A DNA stretch of 61,197 nucleotides, counting the filler, from Sandaracinaceae bacterium (lineage in GTDB: Bacteria; Myxococcota_A; Polyangia; Polyangiales; JADJQN01), in the NCBI GenBank assembly GCA_947483975.1. It is 4 parts of 4 records of this genome, joined end to end, with 100 filler letters (N's around TTAATTAATTAA, not from the genome) between each part and the next. Parts side by side here need not be neighbours in the genome. Positions count along the whole stretch, not along the records: positions 30,747 to 45,950 come from CANKOL010000096.1; 3 more parts are not named here. One strand, written 5' to 3'. Both the position numbers and the translations under genes were made by a program. Of this stretch, positions 31,880-41,011 are shown piece by piece; positions within the stretch are counted from its first letter, which is position 1, and each line of letters begins with the position of its first letter. Below the pieces are notes generated by a model. It was not told the DNA's origin. It saw only the letters and a list, made by a program, of their open reading frames with translations, and ran no database searches.

Positions 31880-32613
31880 GGCCGCCTCGCGAGAAAGCTG
31901 TGCACGATGCCCCGCTGCCAGCCGTCCATCGGCTCGGTGTGCACGTCGACGAAGCCATGCGCGCGCAAGCGCCGTTCGAACACCCGCACACCGTCGAACT
32001 CGTTGACGCTCTGCCGCAGGTATTTGTAGATGTCGGTCGAGCGCGCGGTGAGCATCCCGCCGGGGATGATCACGGTGCTCGCGACGACGTTCCAGAGCAG
32101 CTGAGTGCGCCTCTGCTCGGCGACCGAGTATTCGTGAAAGCAGAGCGTCCCGCCGGGGCGCAGCAGCGCGAAGAGGTTGTCGATGCAGCGGTCGGGCTCA
32201 GGGACGTTGCGAATCCCATAGGCCATCAGGATCGCGTCGAAGGGGCCAGTGACGCCAGCGGCGACAGGGTCCGTCGCGTCCCCGAGGACGAACTCCACGC
32301 CTGCGAGCGCGGGCTTTCGGCGGGCCTTGGCCAGCATCCCCTCCGACGCGTCGAGCCCGACGACCGTCGCGCGCGGATAGGCGTCGACGACCGCGCGGGT
32401 CGACAGGCCGGTGCCGCAGCAGAGGTCGAGGATCCGTCCCTCGGCCGGTGCCGCGAGGCGCTCCGCGCTCCAGCGCAGATGCTTCGAGTAGCCCGGGTTC
32501 ATCCCGGTCAGGAGGTCGTAGGTGGCAGCAATCCCGTCGAACGCCGACGGGACTCGCGCCTTCTCGGCGCCGCGCGCCCCGCTCACCTTGGTCGTGTGCT
32601 GCTTCATCGTCAT
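31876..32613 (-). CDS. Class I SAM methyltransferase, CrtT-like
   Basis: LDLCCGTG; AFD..A.TYD....NPGY..HLR; position next to crtU as in Streptomyces clusters. Confidence 0.75.
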   Translation of the reverse strand: MTMKQHTTKVSGARGAEKARVPSAFDGIAATYDLLTGMNPGYSKHLRWSAERLAAPAEGRILDLCCGTGLSTRAVVDAYPRATVVGLDASEGMLAKARRKPALAGVEFVLGDATDPVAAGVTGPFDAILMAYGIRNVPEPDRCIDNLFALLRPGGTLCFHEYSVAEQRRTQLLWNVVASTVIIPGGMLTARSTDIYKYLRQSVNEFDGVRVFERRLRAHGFVDVHTEPMDGWQRGIVHSFLARRP

Positions 32614-32629
32614 CGACGTTCCTCGTTCC

Positions 32630-33550
32630 TCAAGAGAAGGCGCGCAGCATCTGCGCGATCCGCTCGACGAGCTCCTCCCGACCGGCGCAGTCGGGGATGC
32701 TCGCCGCCGCGCGCGCCGCGTGCTGTCCGAGCAGCCGCCTCGCGTCCTCGAGCCCAAACGCGCGCACCGCGCTCGGGCGGTCCTTCGCCTCGTCCCGCCC
32801 GAGCGGCTTGCCGAGCCCCGCGGCGCCTACGCGGTCCCGGATGTCGTCGGCCACTTGATAAGCTTCGCCGATCGCCCGACCCAGCTCGCGCCAAGCCTCC
32901 GGGTTTGCACCCGCAGAGAGCGCGCCCGCCATCGTCGCGGCCTCGAACATGCTCGCCGTCTTGGCGCGGTGATAGCGCGCGAGGTCGACGTCGTCTTCGC
33001 TCTCCCACGCTTGGCCGCTGCACATCCCAAAGGGAGAGCCGGCCGCGCGCGCGAGCACGCGAGTCAGGGGCGCCAAGACTCCCGGGGCTGCGTCGGCCCC
33101 GAGCGCGAGCGCCTCGAAGGCCCCGATCAGCAGGGCATCGCCGCTGAGCACCGCCATCGCCTCACCGAAGGCCGCGTGCACCGACGGGCGTCCGCGGCGC
33201 AACGGCGAGTCGTCGAAGGCCGGCAGATCGTCGTGAACGAGCGACGCACAGTGCAGCAGCTCCAGCGCCGCGGCGGCGGCATCGGTCGCCGTCGGATGGA
33301 TATCCCCACAGGCTCGCGCCACGGCGAGACAGAGGGTCGGCCGCAGCCGACTCCCGCCCGGGAACACAGAGTATCTGAGCGCCGCCGCGAGCGTCGGCGG
33401 GCACCCTGTCGCCGTCATGCGTTCGACCGCGTCCGTGAGGGCGCGCTCGACTCGCGAGGTGGCTGGCGCCTGCGCAGGAGTCTGCGTCCTGGCGAGGCTG
33501 AGATGGGCGCGGACGAGGGGACGCGCGCCGCCGTTCGGAGAGGTCTTCAT
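32630..33550 (-). CDS. crtE: Geranylgeranyl diphosphate synthase
   Basis: GGSRLRP, SLVHDDLPAFDD..RRG, YQVADD. Confidence 0.9.
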   Translation of the reverse strand: MKTSPNGGARPLVRAHLSLARTQTPAQAPATSRVERALTDAVERMTATGCPPTLAAALRYSVFPGGSRLRPTLCLAVARACGDIHPTATDAAAAALELLHCASLVHDDLPAFDDSPLRRGRPSVHAAFGEAMAVLSGDALLIGAFEALALGADAAPGVLAPLTRVLARAAGSPFGMCSGQAWESEDDVDLARYHRAKTASMFEAATMAGALSAGANPEAWRELGRAIGEAYQVADDIRDRVGAAGLGKPLGRDEAKDRPSAVRAFGLEDARRLLGQHAARAAASIPDCAGREELVERIAQMLRAFS

Positions 33551-34479
33551 GAGGGTTCCTCCTGGTCTACGGAGTCGATCAAGAAGCGCACCTCGCGCAA
33601 CGGCGGTGCCGAGCGAAAGGGCAGCGTCGGGGTGAGGGCTGCCGGGAGCGCGCGAGTCAGCAAGACGAACTTACGCAGCGTGCTCGTGTGGGCGCGCGTC
33701 GACACGGAGTCCCAGTCGGCCTCGCTGATCTCACGGCCGATATCGGAGTAGACGAGCCGCGCGGCGCGCATCGCGGTCCGCACATCCCGCGGCAGCAGCC
33801 CAATCCCCTGGTCCGCGCCGGCATAGAGATGCTCCGCGCGCGAGAGCAGTCTACGCACCACGCGCCCAATCCGCGGGTCGTACACGGGATTGGCGAGGAA
33901 CTCGTCCGGGTCGACGCCTTCCCGTCGAAGCCACTCGAGCGGGAGATAGAGGCGCCCCTCGCGGGCGTCCTCACCGACGTCGCGCGCGATGTTCGTCAGC
34001 TGCATCGCGACCCCGAGCTCACACGCACGCGCGAGGACGTGCGGCGCCCGCTCGCCCATCAGCAGCGTCATCATCACGCCGACCGTCGCGGCGACGCGCG
34101 CCGAATACGCCACGACTTCCGAGAAGGACTCGTAGCGTCGATTCTCCACGTCCCAGCGAAACCCCTCGATCAGCGCCTCCGGGAGCGCGCGCGGTATCCC
34201 ATACTCTCGGACGGTCGCGCTGAACGCTCGGTCGACCGGGTGCTCCTCTGGAGTCCCGGCATAGGCCAGCTCCAGTCGGCGCGCGAGGCGCTCTACCGCG
34301 GCCGCCTTGCTGCCGGACTCCACCAGGTCCACCGCGTCATCCGCCACTCGACAGAAGGCATAGAGCGCGGCGATCGGCGGGCGCACGCGCCGCGGCAGGA
34401 GCAAGCCCGCCGCGTGAAAGCTCTTCGAGCCTGCCCGCAGCACCTGCTGACAGTGCGCCACGTCGGCCGGGCGCAACAC
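33547..34479 (-). CDS. crtB: Phytoene synthase
   Basis: GSKSF, YAFCRVADDAVD, MQLTNIARDVGED, GRLYLP; GTG start 1 nt after crtI stop. Confidence 0.93.
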   Translation of the reverse strand: MLRPADVAHCQQVLRAGSKSFHAAGLLLPRRVRPPIAALYAFCRVADDAVDLVESGSKAAAVERLARRLELAYAGTPEEHPVDRAFSATVREYGIPRALPEALIEGFRWDVENRRYESFSEVVAYSARVAATVGVMMTLLMGERAPHVLARACELGVAMQLTNIARDVGEDAREGRLYLPLEWLRREGVDPDEFLANPVYDPRIGRVVRRLLSRAEHLYAGADQGIGLLPRDVRTAMRAARLVYSDIGREISEADWDSVSTRAHTSTLRKFVLLTRALPAALTPTLPFRSAPPLREVRFLIDSVDQEEPS

Positions 34480-34480
34480 C

Positions 34481-36082
34481 TCAGCCCCGCGCACGCGCCC
34501 GCACCTCGCTCGGCTCGGGGACGATCGAGTCGAGCACGCGCGCCGACGACAACACGCCAGGCAAGCCGGCTCCGGGGTGCGTGCCTGCGCCGACGAGATA
34601 CAGGCCCTCCACATCCTCACTCTGGTTGTGCGGCCGGAAGAACGCGCTCTGCAGCAGCACGGGCTCGACGCTGAACGCCGCGCCCTTCAGCGAGCGATAG
34701 TCGTCGTGAAACGCCTGCGGCGTCAGGAAGCGCGAGGTGACTAGGTTCTCCTCCACGCCCGGCAGCAGAGTGTCGGAGAGGTACTGGGAGATCTTGCGCC
34801 GATAGCGCTCGCCCTCCACCGCCCAATCAGTGCCACTCTCGAGGTGCGGGACCGGCGAGAGCACGTAGAACGCGTCACAGCCCTCGGGCGCCATCGCGGG
34901 ATCCGTGGCAGTCGGGCGATGCAGGTAGAGCGAGAAGTCCTCCGCGAGGATCTTCTTCTCGAAGATGTCCTCGAGCAGCTCTTCGTAGCGCGGTCCGAGC
35001 AAGATCGTGTGGTGCGCGACCTTCTCGTACTTCTTCTTCGTGCCGAAGTACCACACGAAGAGTCCCATCGAATAGCGCAGGCTCTCGATGCGCTCATCGG
35101 TCCAGCGCTTGCGATGCTCAGGCGCGAGCAGGTGTCGATAGGTCCAACCTGCGTCCGCGTCGGACACGACGAGGTCCGCCTTCACGTGCTCGCCTGACGC
35201 GAGCCGCACTCCGGTCACGCGGCCATTCTCCTCACCGTGAGGCGCCACCGTGATCTCGGCTACCTCGGCGTTGCACCGCACGGTCCCGCCGACTCCCTCG
35301 ATCAGCCCGACCATCCCCTGCACGAGGACGCCCGTCCCACCGATCGGGAAGTGCACTCCCCACTTGCGCTCGAGGAACGCGATCAGCGTGTAGATGCTCG
35401 TCGTCGAGAAGGGATTTCCGCCGACCAGCAGCGGATGAAAGCTCATGATCTGCCGGAGCTTCTCGCTCTTGACGTACTTCGAGACGAGCCCGTAGACCGT
35501 CCGAAACGACTCGAGCTTCATCATCTCCGGGATGATCCGCGCCATATCCCACACATGCGTGAAGGGCGCGTGGGCGAGCTTCTCGAAGCCCACCCGGAAG
35601 ATCTTCTCGCTCTGCACGACGAACTGCTCGTAGCCCTCGACGTCCCCCGGCGAGAGGCGCGATACCTCGTCTCGCATCTGGGTATACGAGCCGGTGTAAT
35701 CGAACACATCGCCATCATCGAAGCGAATCCGATAGAAGGGAGTCACCGGGCGCAGGTCGACGTCGTCCTCGAGGCGTTTGCCACAGAGCTTCCACAGCTC
35801 TTCGAAGAGAAAGGGCGCCGTGACCACGGTGGGCCCTGCGTCGAACGTGAACCCCTGGTCGCGGAACACGCGCGCCCGACCACCCGGTTGCTCGAGGCGC
35901 TCGAGCACGGTGACGCGATAGCCCCGCACACCCAGGCGAATCGCTGCGGCCAACCCGCCGAAACCCGAGCCGATCACCACCGCGTGGGGGGCATCAGCAG
36001 ACAGCGCCTTGGGGGCGCGCTGCTCTAGAAGCCTGATCTTGCTCGCTTGAAGACGCTTGAGGGAGATCCGTGTCATGGCCAA
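34481..36082 (-). CDS. crtI: Phytoene desaturase
   Basis: GSGFGGLA, FDAGPT, HHTILLG, GAGTHPGAGLPGV. Confidence 0.94.
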   Translation of the reverse strand: MAMTRISLKRLQASKIRLLEQRAPKALSADAPHAVVIGSGFGGLAAAIRLGVRGYRVTVLERLEQPGGRARVFRDQGFTFDAGPTVVTAPFLFEELWKLCGKRLEDDVDLRPVTPFYRIRFDDGDVFDYTGSYTQMRDEVSRLSPGDVEGYEQFVVQSEKIFRVGFEKLAHAPFTHVWDMARIIPEMMKLESFRTVYGLVSKYVKSEKLRQIMSFHPLLVGGNPFSTTSIYTLIAFLERKWGVHFPIGGTGVLVQGMVGLIEGVGGTVRCNAEVAEITVAPHGEENGRVTGVRLASGEHVKADLVVSDADAGWTYRHLLAPEHRKRWTDERIESLRYSMGLFVWYFGTKKKYEKVAHHTILLGPRYEELLEDIFEKKILAEDFSLYLHRPTATDPAMAPEGCDAFYVLSPVPHLESGTDWAVEGERYRRKISQYLSDTLLPGVEENLVTSRFLTPQAFHDDYRSLKGAAFSVEPVLLQSAFFRPHNQSEDVEGLYLVGAGTHPGAGLPGVLSSARVLDSIVPEPSEVRARARG

Positions 36083-36145
36083 CCTTCGCGGGAAGGCCAG
36101 TCAGACGCGGAGCCACGCGGCGGTGTTACGAGAAAGCTGCAAGCG

Positions 36146-37303
36146 CTACTCGAGGCGGCCCGCGCGCATCCGGTAGTCGCGCCGGTCGGCGGCGTCGAGC
36201 AGGATGAATTCGGGGTGCGTCGTCGTCAGGAAGACTTGGCCGGTGTGTCGCGCCAAGAGCTCGAAAAGACGACGGTTCTTCCCGCGATCGAGCTCGCTCG
36301 AGACGTCGTCGAGCAAGAGCAACGGCACGCAGCCTGTCCGCGCCTCGAGCACGCGCAGCTCCGCGACCTTGAGCGCGAGCACGATGGCTCGATGTTGACC
36401 CTGCGACGCGTGCCGGCGCGCGAGCGTGTCGTCGAGCAACAGCGCGAGCTCGTCGGCGTGCGGCCCCTCCGCCGTGAACCCACGCGCGAGGTCCTTGTCG
36501 AGGGAGCGCGCGAGGGCAGCGCGCAGGTGCTCGATCCCCGGCTCGACCCGCGGACGGTAGGCGACGGTGAGCGCGAGCGTCCCGCCGTGTAGCTCGGCGA
36601 ACGCCTCCGCGGCGAGGGGCGCGAGGCCGTCGACGAGGCGCGCGCGGGACTCTCCGATCACAGCCCCGGCGGAGGCCAGCAGCTCGTCGAACGCCGTGAT
36701 CGCGCGTCGGTCAGGGCGCTCCGCGCGCAGCAGGCGGTTCCTCGAGCGCAGCGCCTTCAGGTACGCCGCCGCCATCGACGCGTACGTCGGGTCGAGCTGC
36801 GAGAGCACGCGGTCGAGGAGCGCCCGACGTGGCTCAGGCCCGCCAGAGGGCAGCTCGACGTCGCCCGGGTGAAACAACACCACGCGCGCCGAGGCGTGCC
36901 AGGCGGCGATGGAGCGCGGCTTCTTGCCGTCGAGCGAGAGCACCCGCGGACGCCCAGCCTCGAGCGCGACACGAAAGGTCCGAGGCGCGAGGTCCCCGAC
37001 GACGCGCATCCCGAGCGACGCCTGCGCCGACGGCTGCGCGTCGACTCCCTGCTGCAGCAGGTCCTCGGTGCGCGCGCCGCGAAAGCTCTCGAGCCGCGCG
37101 AGGTAGTCGATCGCCTCGAGCAGCGACGACTTCCCCGCGCCGTTGTCCCCGGAGATCACCTGAAAGCGCGCGCCCGGCTCGAGCACGAGGGGCGCGAGGT
37201 TCCGAAACCCGCGCACCTCGAGCGCCGTGATCCGCAGCGCTGAACGCAGCGCACGCGGCGACGCGGGGACGCCAGTCGGCTCAGTCATGCCGCCCGGCTC
37301 CAT
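36146..37303 (-). CDS. recF: DNA replication/repair protein RecF
   Basis: FRNL, GDNGAGKS, SQGQ, LLLDDVSSELD; follows dnaN; exact start uncertain. Confidence 0.93.
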   Translation of the reverse strand: MEPGGMTEPTGVPASPRALRSALRITALEVRGFRNLAPLVLEPGARFQVISGDNGAGKSSLLEAIDYLARLESFRGARTEDLLQQGVDAQPSAQASLGMRVVGDLAPRTFRVALEAGRPRVLSLDGKKPRSIAAWHASARVVLFHPGDVELPSGGPEPRRALLDRVLSQLDPTYASMAAAYLKALRSRNRLLRAERPDRRAITAFDELLASAGAVIGESRARLVDGLAPLAAEAFAELHGGTLALTVAYRPRVEPGIEHLRAALARSLDKDLARGFTAEGPHADELALLLDDTLARRHASQGQHRAIVLALKVAELRVLEARTGCVPLLLLDDVSSELDRGKNRRLFELLARHTGQVFLTTTHPEFILLDAADRRDYRMRAGRLE

Positions 37304-37319
37304 CGCTGATTCCGACCGC

Positions 37320-38450
37320 TCAGATCCGCATCGGCATGATCACGCCGACGAAGCCATCGTGCTGCGCGGGCTTGATGACGCCGGGATCGAGCTCCCCGGA
37401 GAGCTCCAGCGCGACCTCGTCGTCCGGCAGCGCGCCGAGCACGTCGAGCAGGTACTTCGCGTTGAAGCCGACGGTCAGCGGCTTGCCGGCGTAGTCCACG
37501 TCGAGCTCGTCCGAGCCCTCGCCGACGTCCGGGTTCTCGCTCGTGATCTTCAGCTTGCCCGGCTCGACCGCGAGCCGAACGCCGCCCGACTTGTCGCTCG
37601 CGACGAGCGCGATGCGCTTCAGCGCCTCCATCAGCGGCCCGCGCGCGATGATCACGCGCTTCTCCTGCTGCTGGGGGATCACCTTCGCGTAGGGCGGGAA
37701 CTGCTCGTCCGCGAGCTTCACGGAGAGCTGCACGCCCTCGCGCCGGAAGAACGCGTTGCCGCCCGCCTGACCGATGCCGATGACGAGCGGGGTGTCGTCG
37801 CCCTTCGCGCGGTCGAGCTTGGCGTCCTCGATGAGCCGCCGCAGCTCGTCAACGCCCTTCTTAGGCACGAGCATCGTGAAGTTGAGCATGGCCCCGTCCA
37901 GCTTGCGCTCGGCCTTGCTGAGGCGGTGGCCGTCCGTGGTGACCATGCGCGCCATCTTGCCGTCGCCCTCGAAGAGCGTGCCGGCGAGGTGCGGGCGCGT
38001 GTCGTCGGTCGACATCGAGTACTGCGTGCGCGCGATCAGCTCCCCGAGCACCTCGACGTCGAGGTCGATCAGCTTGGTCTCGCCCGGGCTCGGTAGCGCC
38101 GGGAAGTCCTCGCCGGGCATGCCCGGGACCTTGTAGCGGGCCTTGCCGCAGCGGATCTCTGCGGCGTGGTTCGCCCCGACCGTCAGCGTCACCTCGCCCT
38201 CGGGCAGGTTCTTCACGATGTCGAAGAGCGTACGCGCCCCGACCGCGACGGTGCCGCCCTTCGTCACCTTCGCCTCGGCGGTCGCGCTGACCGCGAGATA
38301 GAGATCCGTCGCGGCGAAGCGCAGCGTCCCGGGACCATCCGTCGAGATCAGGATGTTCGACAGGATGGGCATCGAGCTCTTCCTGTCCGCGACGGCGTGA
38401 GTACGCGCCAAGCCGCGCAGGAAGTTCTTCTTGCTGATCGTGAGCTCCAT
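37320..38450 (-). CDS. dnaN: DNA polymerase III beta clamp
   Basis: PILSNIL, ATDL, TTDGHRL, GFNAKYLLD, VIMPMRI. Confidence 0.97.
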   Translation of the reverse strand: MELTISKKNFLRGLARTHAVADRKSSMPILSNILISTDGPGTLRFAATDLYLAVSATAEAKVTKGGTVAVGARTLFDIVKNLPEGEVTLTVGANHAAEIRCGKARYKVPGMPGEDFPALPSPGETKLIDLDVEVLGELIARTQYSMSTDDTRPHLAGTLFEGDGKMARMVTTDGHRLSKAERKLDGAMLNFTMLVPKKGVDELRRLIEDAKLDRAKGDDTPLVIGIGQAGGNAFFRREGVQLSVKLADEQFPPYAKVIPQQQEKRVIIARGPLMEALKRIALVASDKSGGVRLAVEPGKLKITSENPDVGEGSDELDVDYAGKPLTVGFNAKYLLDVLGALPDDEVALELSGELDPGVIKPAQHDGFVGVIMPMRI

Positions 38451-38489
38451 CGTCTTCGTTCCTCGCTCGGGTCGGCTTCGAAAGATATC

Positions 38490-38740
38490 CCCTGCTCACA
38501 GGCAGGAAGGATCGATCTATTAGATCTTTCTCTTTCGTCTTCTTCTTAACGCCTGTGGATTGTGGATAGATCCGGCCATCTTCGCGGGATCATTCGGACA
38601 CTCGTCGCCGCGCCCTGGGGAGCGAGGGGGGGAGCGATTGGGGAGCAGTTCTCCACAAGCGAGTCCCCTCCTAGATCGGACCCTTCATCCACCGTCAGCC
38701 CACAGGGGCCACACCTTATAGAAAAACCGTGCGATCCGCG
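38490..38740. other. Probable chromosomal replication origin (oriC) between dnaA and dnaN
   Basis: DnaA-box-like TGTGGATTG (38554) overlapping TGTGGATAG (38561), TTCTCCACA (38649), TCATCCACC (38685); adjacent AT-rich tract 38510-38550; seven GATC sites. Confidence 0.8.
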
Positions 38741-38881
38741 CAAGTGTTCAGTCCGAGCGCCCCGGATTGGCCGCTGGAACCGCGCCCGCGCGACGACGCG
38801 CCGCTCCGACGCTGCGCTGACGGAACGACGACGGGCGCGCTCTCGCACGCCCGCTGAGTCGCACTGCACCATCGTCCGCTC

Positions 38882-40393
38882 TCAGAGCCCGAGCTTGCGC
38901 TCGATGGCGTCGATCTCGCTGCGGAGCTTCGGGTCCTCGTTCTTCATCAGGCCCCCGATCTTGTTGACGGCGCTGAGCACCGTCGTGTGGTCCTTGCCGC
39001 CGAAGAGCTCCCCGAGCTGCGGATAGCTCGTCCCGAGGCGCTGCCGGCACAGGTACATCGCCACCATGCGCGGATACGAGACCGCGCGATGGCGGCGGTG
39101 CGACTTCAGATCCGCGAGGCGAATCGCGAAGTACTTGCAGGTCGCCGTCTGGATGTCCTCGACGCTGACGGCGTGCTCCGGCGCGGGCAGCACCGCCTTG
39201 AGCGTCTCCCGCGTGAACTCGAGGTCGATGGGGCGCTTGACGAGCTCCGCGCGCACCGCGAGGCGCAGCAGCGTTCCCTCGAGCTCGCGGACGTTGCTCT
39301 TGACGACCTGCGCGAGAAACAGCGCGACGTCGTCGGCGAGCACGATGCACTCCTCTTGCGCCTTGCGCTTGAGGATCGCGATGCGCGTGTCGAGCTCCGG
39401 CGCCTGGATGTCGGCGACGAGACCCCACTGAAAGCGCGAGATCAGGCGCTCCTGCATCTCGGAGATCTGCTGCGGGTAGACGTCGCTCGTGACGACGATC
39501 TGCCGGTCCGCGTGATAGAGCGCGTTGAACGTGTGGAAGAATTCTTCCTGCGTCTGCTCGCGCCCCGCGAGGAACTGGATGTCGTCCATCAGCAGCACAT
39601 CGCAGTTGTTCCGATAGCGCTCGCGGAACTCGTCGATGCGGTGGTTCTGGAGCGCCCAGATGAACTCGTTCGTGAAGCGCTCCGCCGACAGATACAGCAC
39701 GCGGGCGTGCGGCGTGACCTCGAGCACCTTGTGCCCGACGGCGTTGACGAGGTGCGTCTTGCCGAGCCCGACGCCGCCGTAGATGAAGAGCGGGTTGTAG
39801 CGCTTGCCGCGCGTCGACGAGCCCGCGATGGCGGCCGCGTGCGCGAGCTGGTTCGACGGTCCGACGACGAAGTTGTCGAAGCTGTAGCGCGGGTTGAGCC
39901 CGTGCATCGGCCCCGGGGGCGCGCCGGCGCCGAGCGGCGTCGGTCCGGGAGCGGGCGGCGGAGGCGCATGGAGGGCGCCCGTCGGCATGGGCTGCGAGAC
40001 GGGTGAGCCGTAGTGCCCGGCGCTGCTGATGTAGCCGGGCGCCGCGTAGCCCGGGGAGGTCGTGACCTCCGCGGCGGTCATCGGCGGCACGGACTTGCGG
40101 GACGGCGGCGTGCGCTCCTGCAGCGCCTCGCAGACCTCCCAGAGCACCTTCAGCGCTTTCGGGTCGCGGCGCTCCGGCGCGTGCGCGCTCGCGAAGGCCT
40201 CGCGCAGCACGTCGAGGTAGTGCGCGCCCAGCCACTCACCGAAGAAGCGGTTCGGGATCTGCAACGTGAGCGTGTCACCGTCGATCCCGCCAAAACGCAC
40301 CGGCGAGAGCCAGGTCTCGAAATTCTCCGCAGAGAGGCGCCTGCGCAGCTCCTCCAACGTGCGATCCCAGAGCTCGTTGTTCCGAACCATCAT
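38882..40393 (-). CDS. dnaA: Chromosomal replication initiator DnaA
   Basis: YNPLFIYGGVGLGKTHL, DDIQF, QEEFFHTFN, SNVRELEG, GGKDHTTV. Confidence 0.98.
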   Translation of the reverse strand: MMVRNNELWDRTLEELRRRLSAENFETWLSPVRFGGIDGDTLTLQIPNRFFGEWLGAHYLDVLREAFASAHAPERRDPKALKVLWEVCEALQERTPPSRKSVPPMTAAEVTTSPGYAAPGYISSAGHYGSPVSQPMPTGALHAPPPPAPGPTPLGAGAPPGPMHGLNPRYSFDNFVVGPSNQLAHAAAIAGSSTRGKRYNPLFIYGGVGLGKTHLVNAVGHKVLEVTPHARVLYLSAERFTNEFIWALQNHRIDEFRERYRNNCDVLLMDDIQFLAGREQTQEEFFHTFNALYHADRQIVVTSDVYPQQISEMQERLISRFQWGLVADIQAPELDTRIAILKRKAQEECIVLADDVALFLAQVVKSNVRELEGTLLRLAVRAELVKRPIDLEFTRETLKAVLPAPEHAVSVEDIQTATCKYFAIRLADLKSHRRHRAVSYPRMVAMYLCRQRLGTSYPQLGELFGGKDHTTVLSAVNKIGGLMKNEDPKLRSEIDAIERKLGL

Positions 40394-41011
40394 CGACGAA
40401 AACCTCTTCCGGAACGGACTGCAGGGACGCGCAGTCGGAGAGTGCAGTCAGAGGGCGTTGTCGTTCGGGGGCGTGCCGTCACGCCGGCGTAGCGAGTCAC
40501 AGAAGACAGGGCGCAGTCGTGCCTCTGATCGGCAGCCGTTTCAGGGGCTGGATCGGGCCTCGAGGGAGGGCATGGTCGTTCACCGCAGACGGTCGCGGAG
40601 GCGGGTCCGGTGACTTCACCGAAGCGTTGCACCCCCGAAACGGAAGGCGAAGCTAGCAGAGCGTGCGGAGGCCGTCTACGCCGATCCGCAAGACGGCTCG
40701 CAAGTCCCCGGACCGACGGGGAAAAAATCTTTGGAGGATCATCAGCGACACCGAGCCCCCCTGGGGGCGTCTGCCGAAAACTTGCGCAAGCCGCCGAGAT
40801 CATGGAACTTGTACGGTGCTTCGGAGGAGCGCGGGTACCGTCCGTCGACGGATCATCCGTGATCCATCGTGATCTCCGCGCCCCGGAGCCTGATCCTCGA
40901 CGCTTCGTGAAGAAGCGCCCGCGCGTGCGCGACAATTTGGAGCCGATCGGGAACGCTGTTAGGTTCCGGGCCGTTCCCGATGACGTGTCCAGTCTGTTCG
41001 CGGAGGTGACC

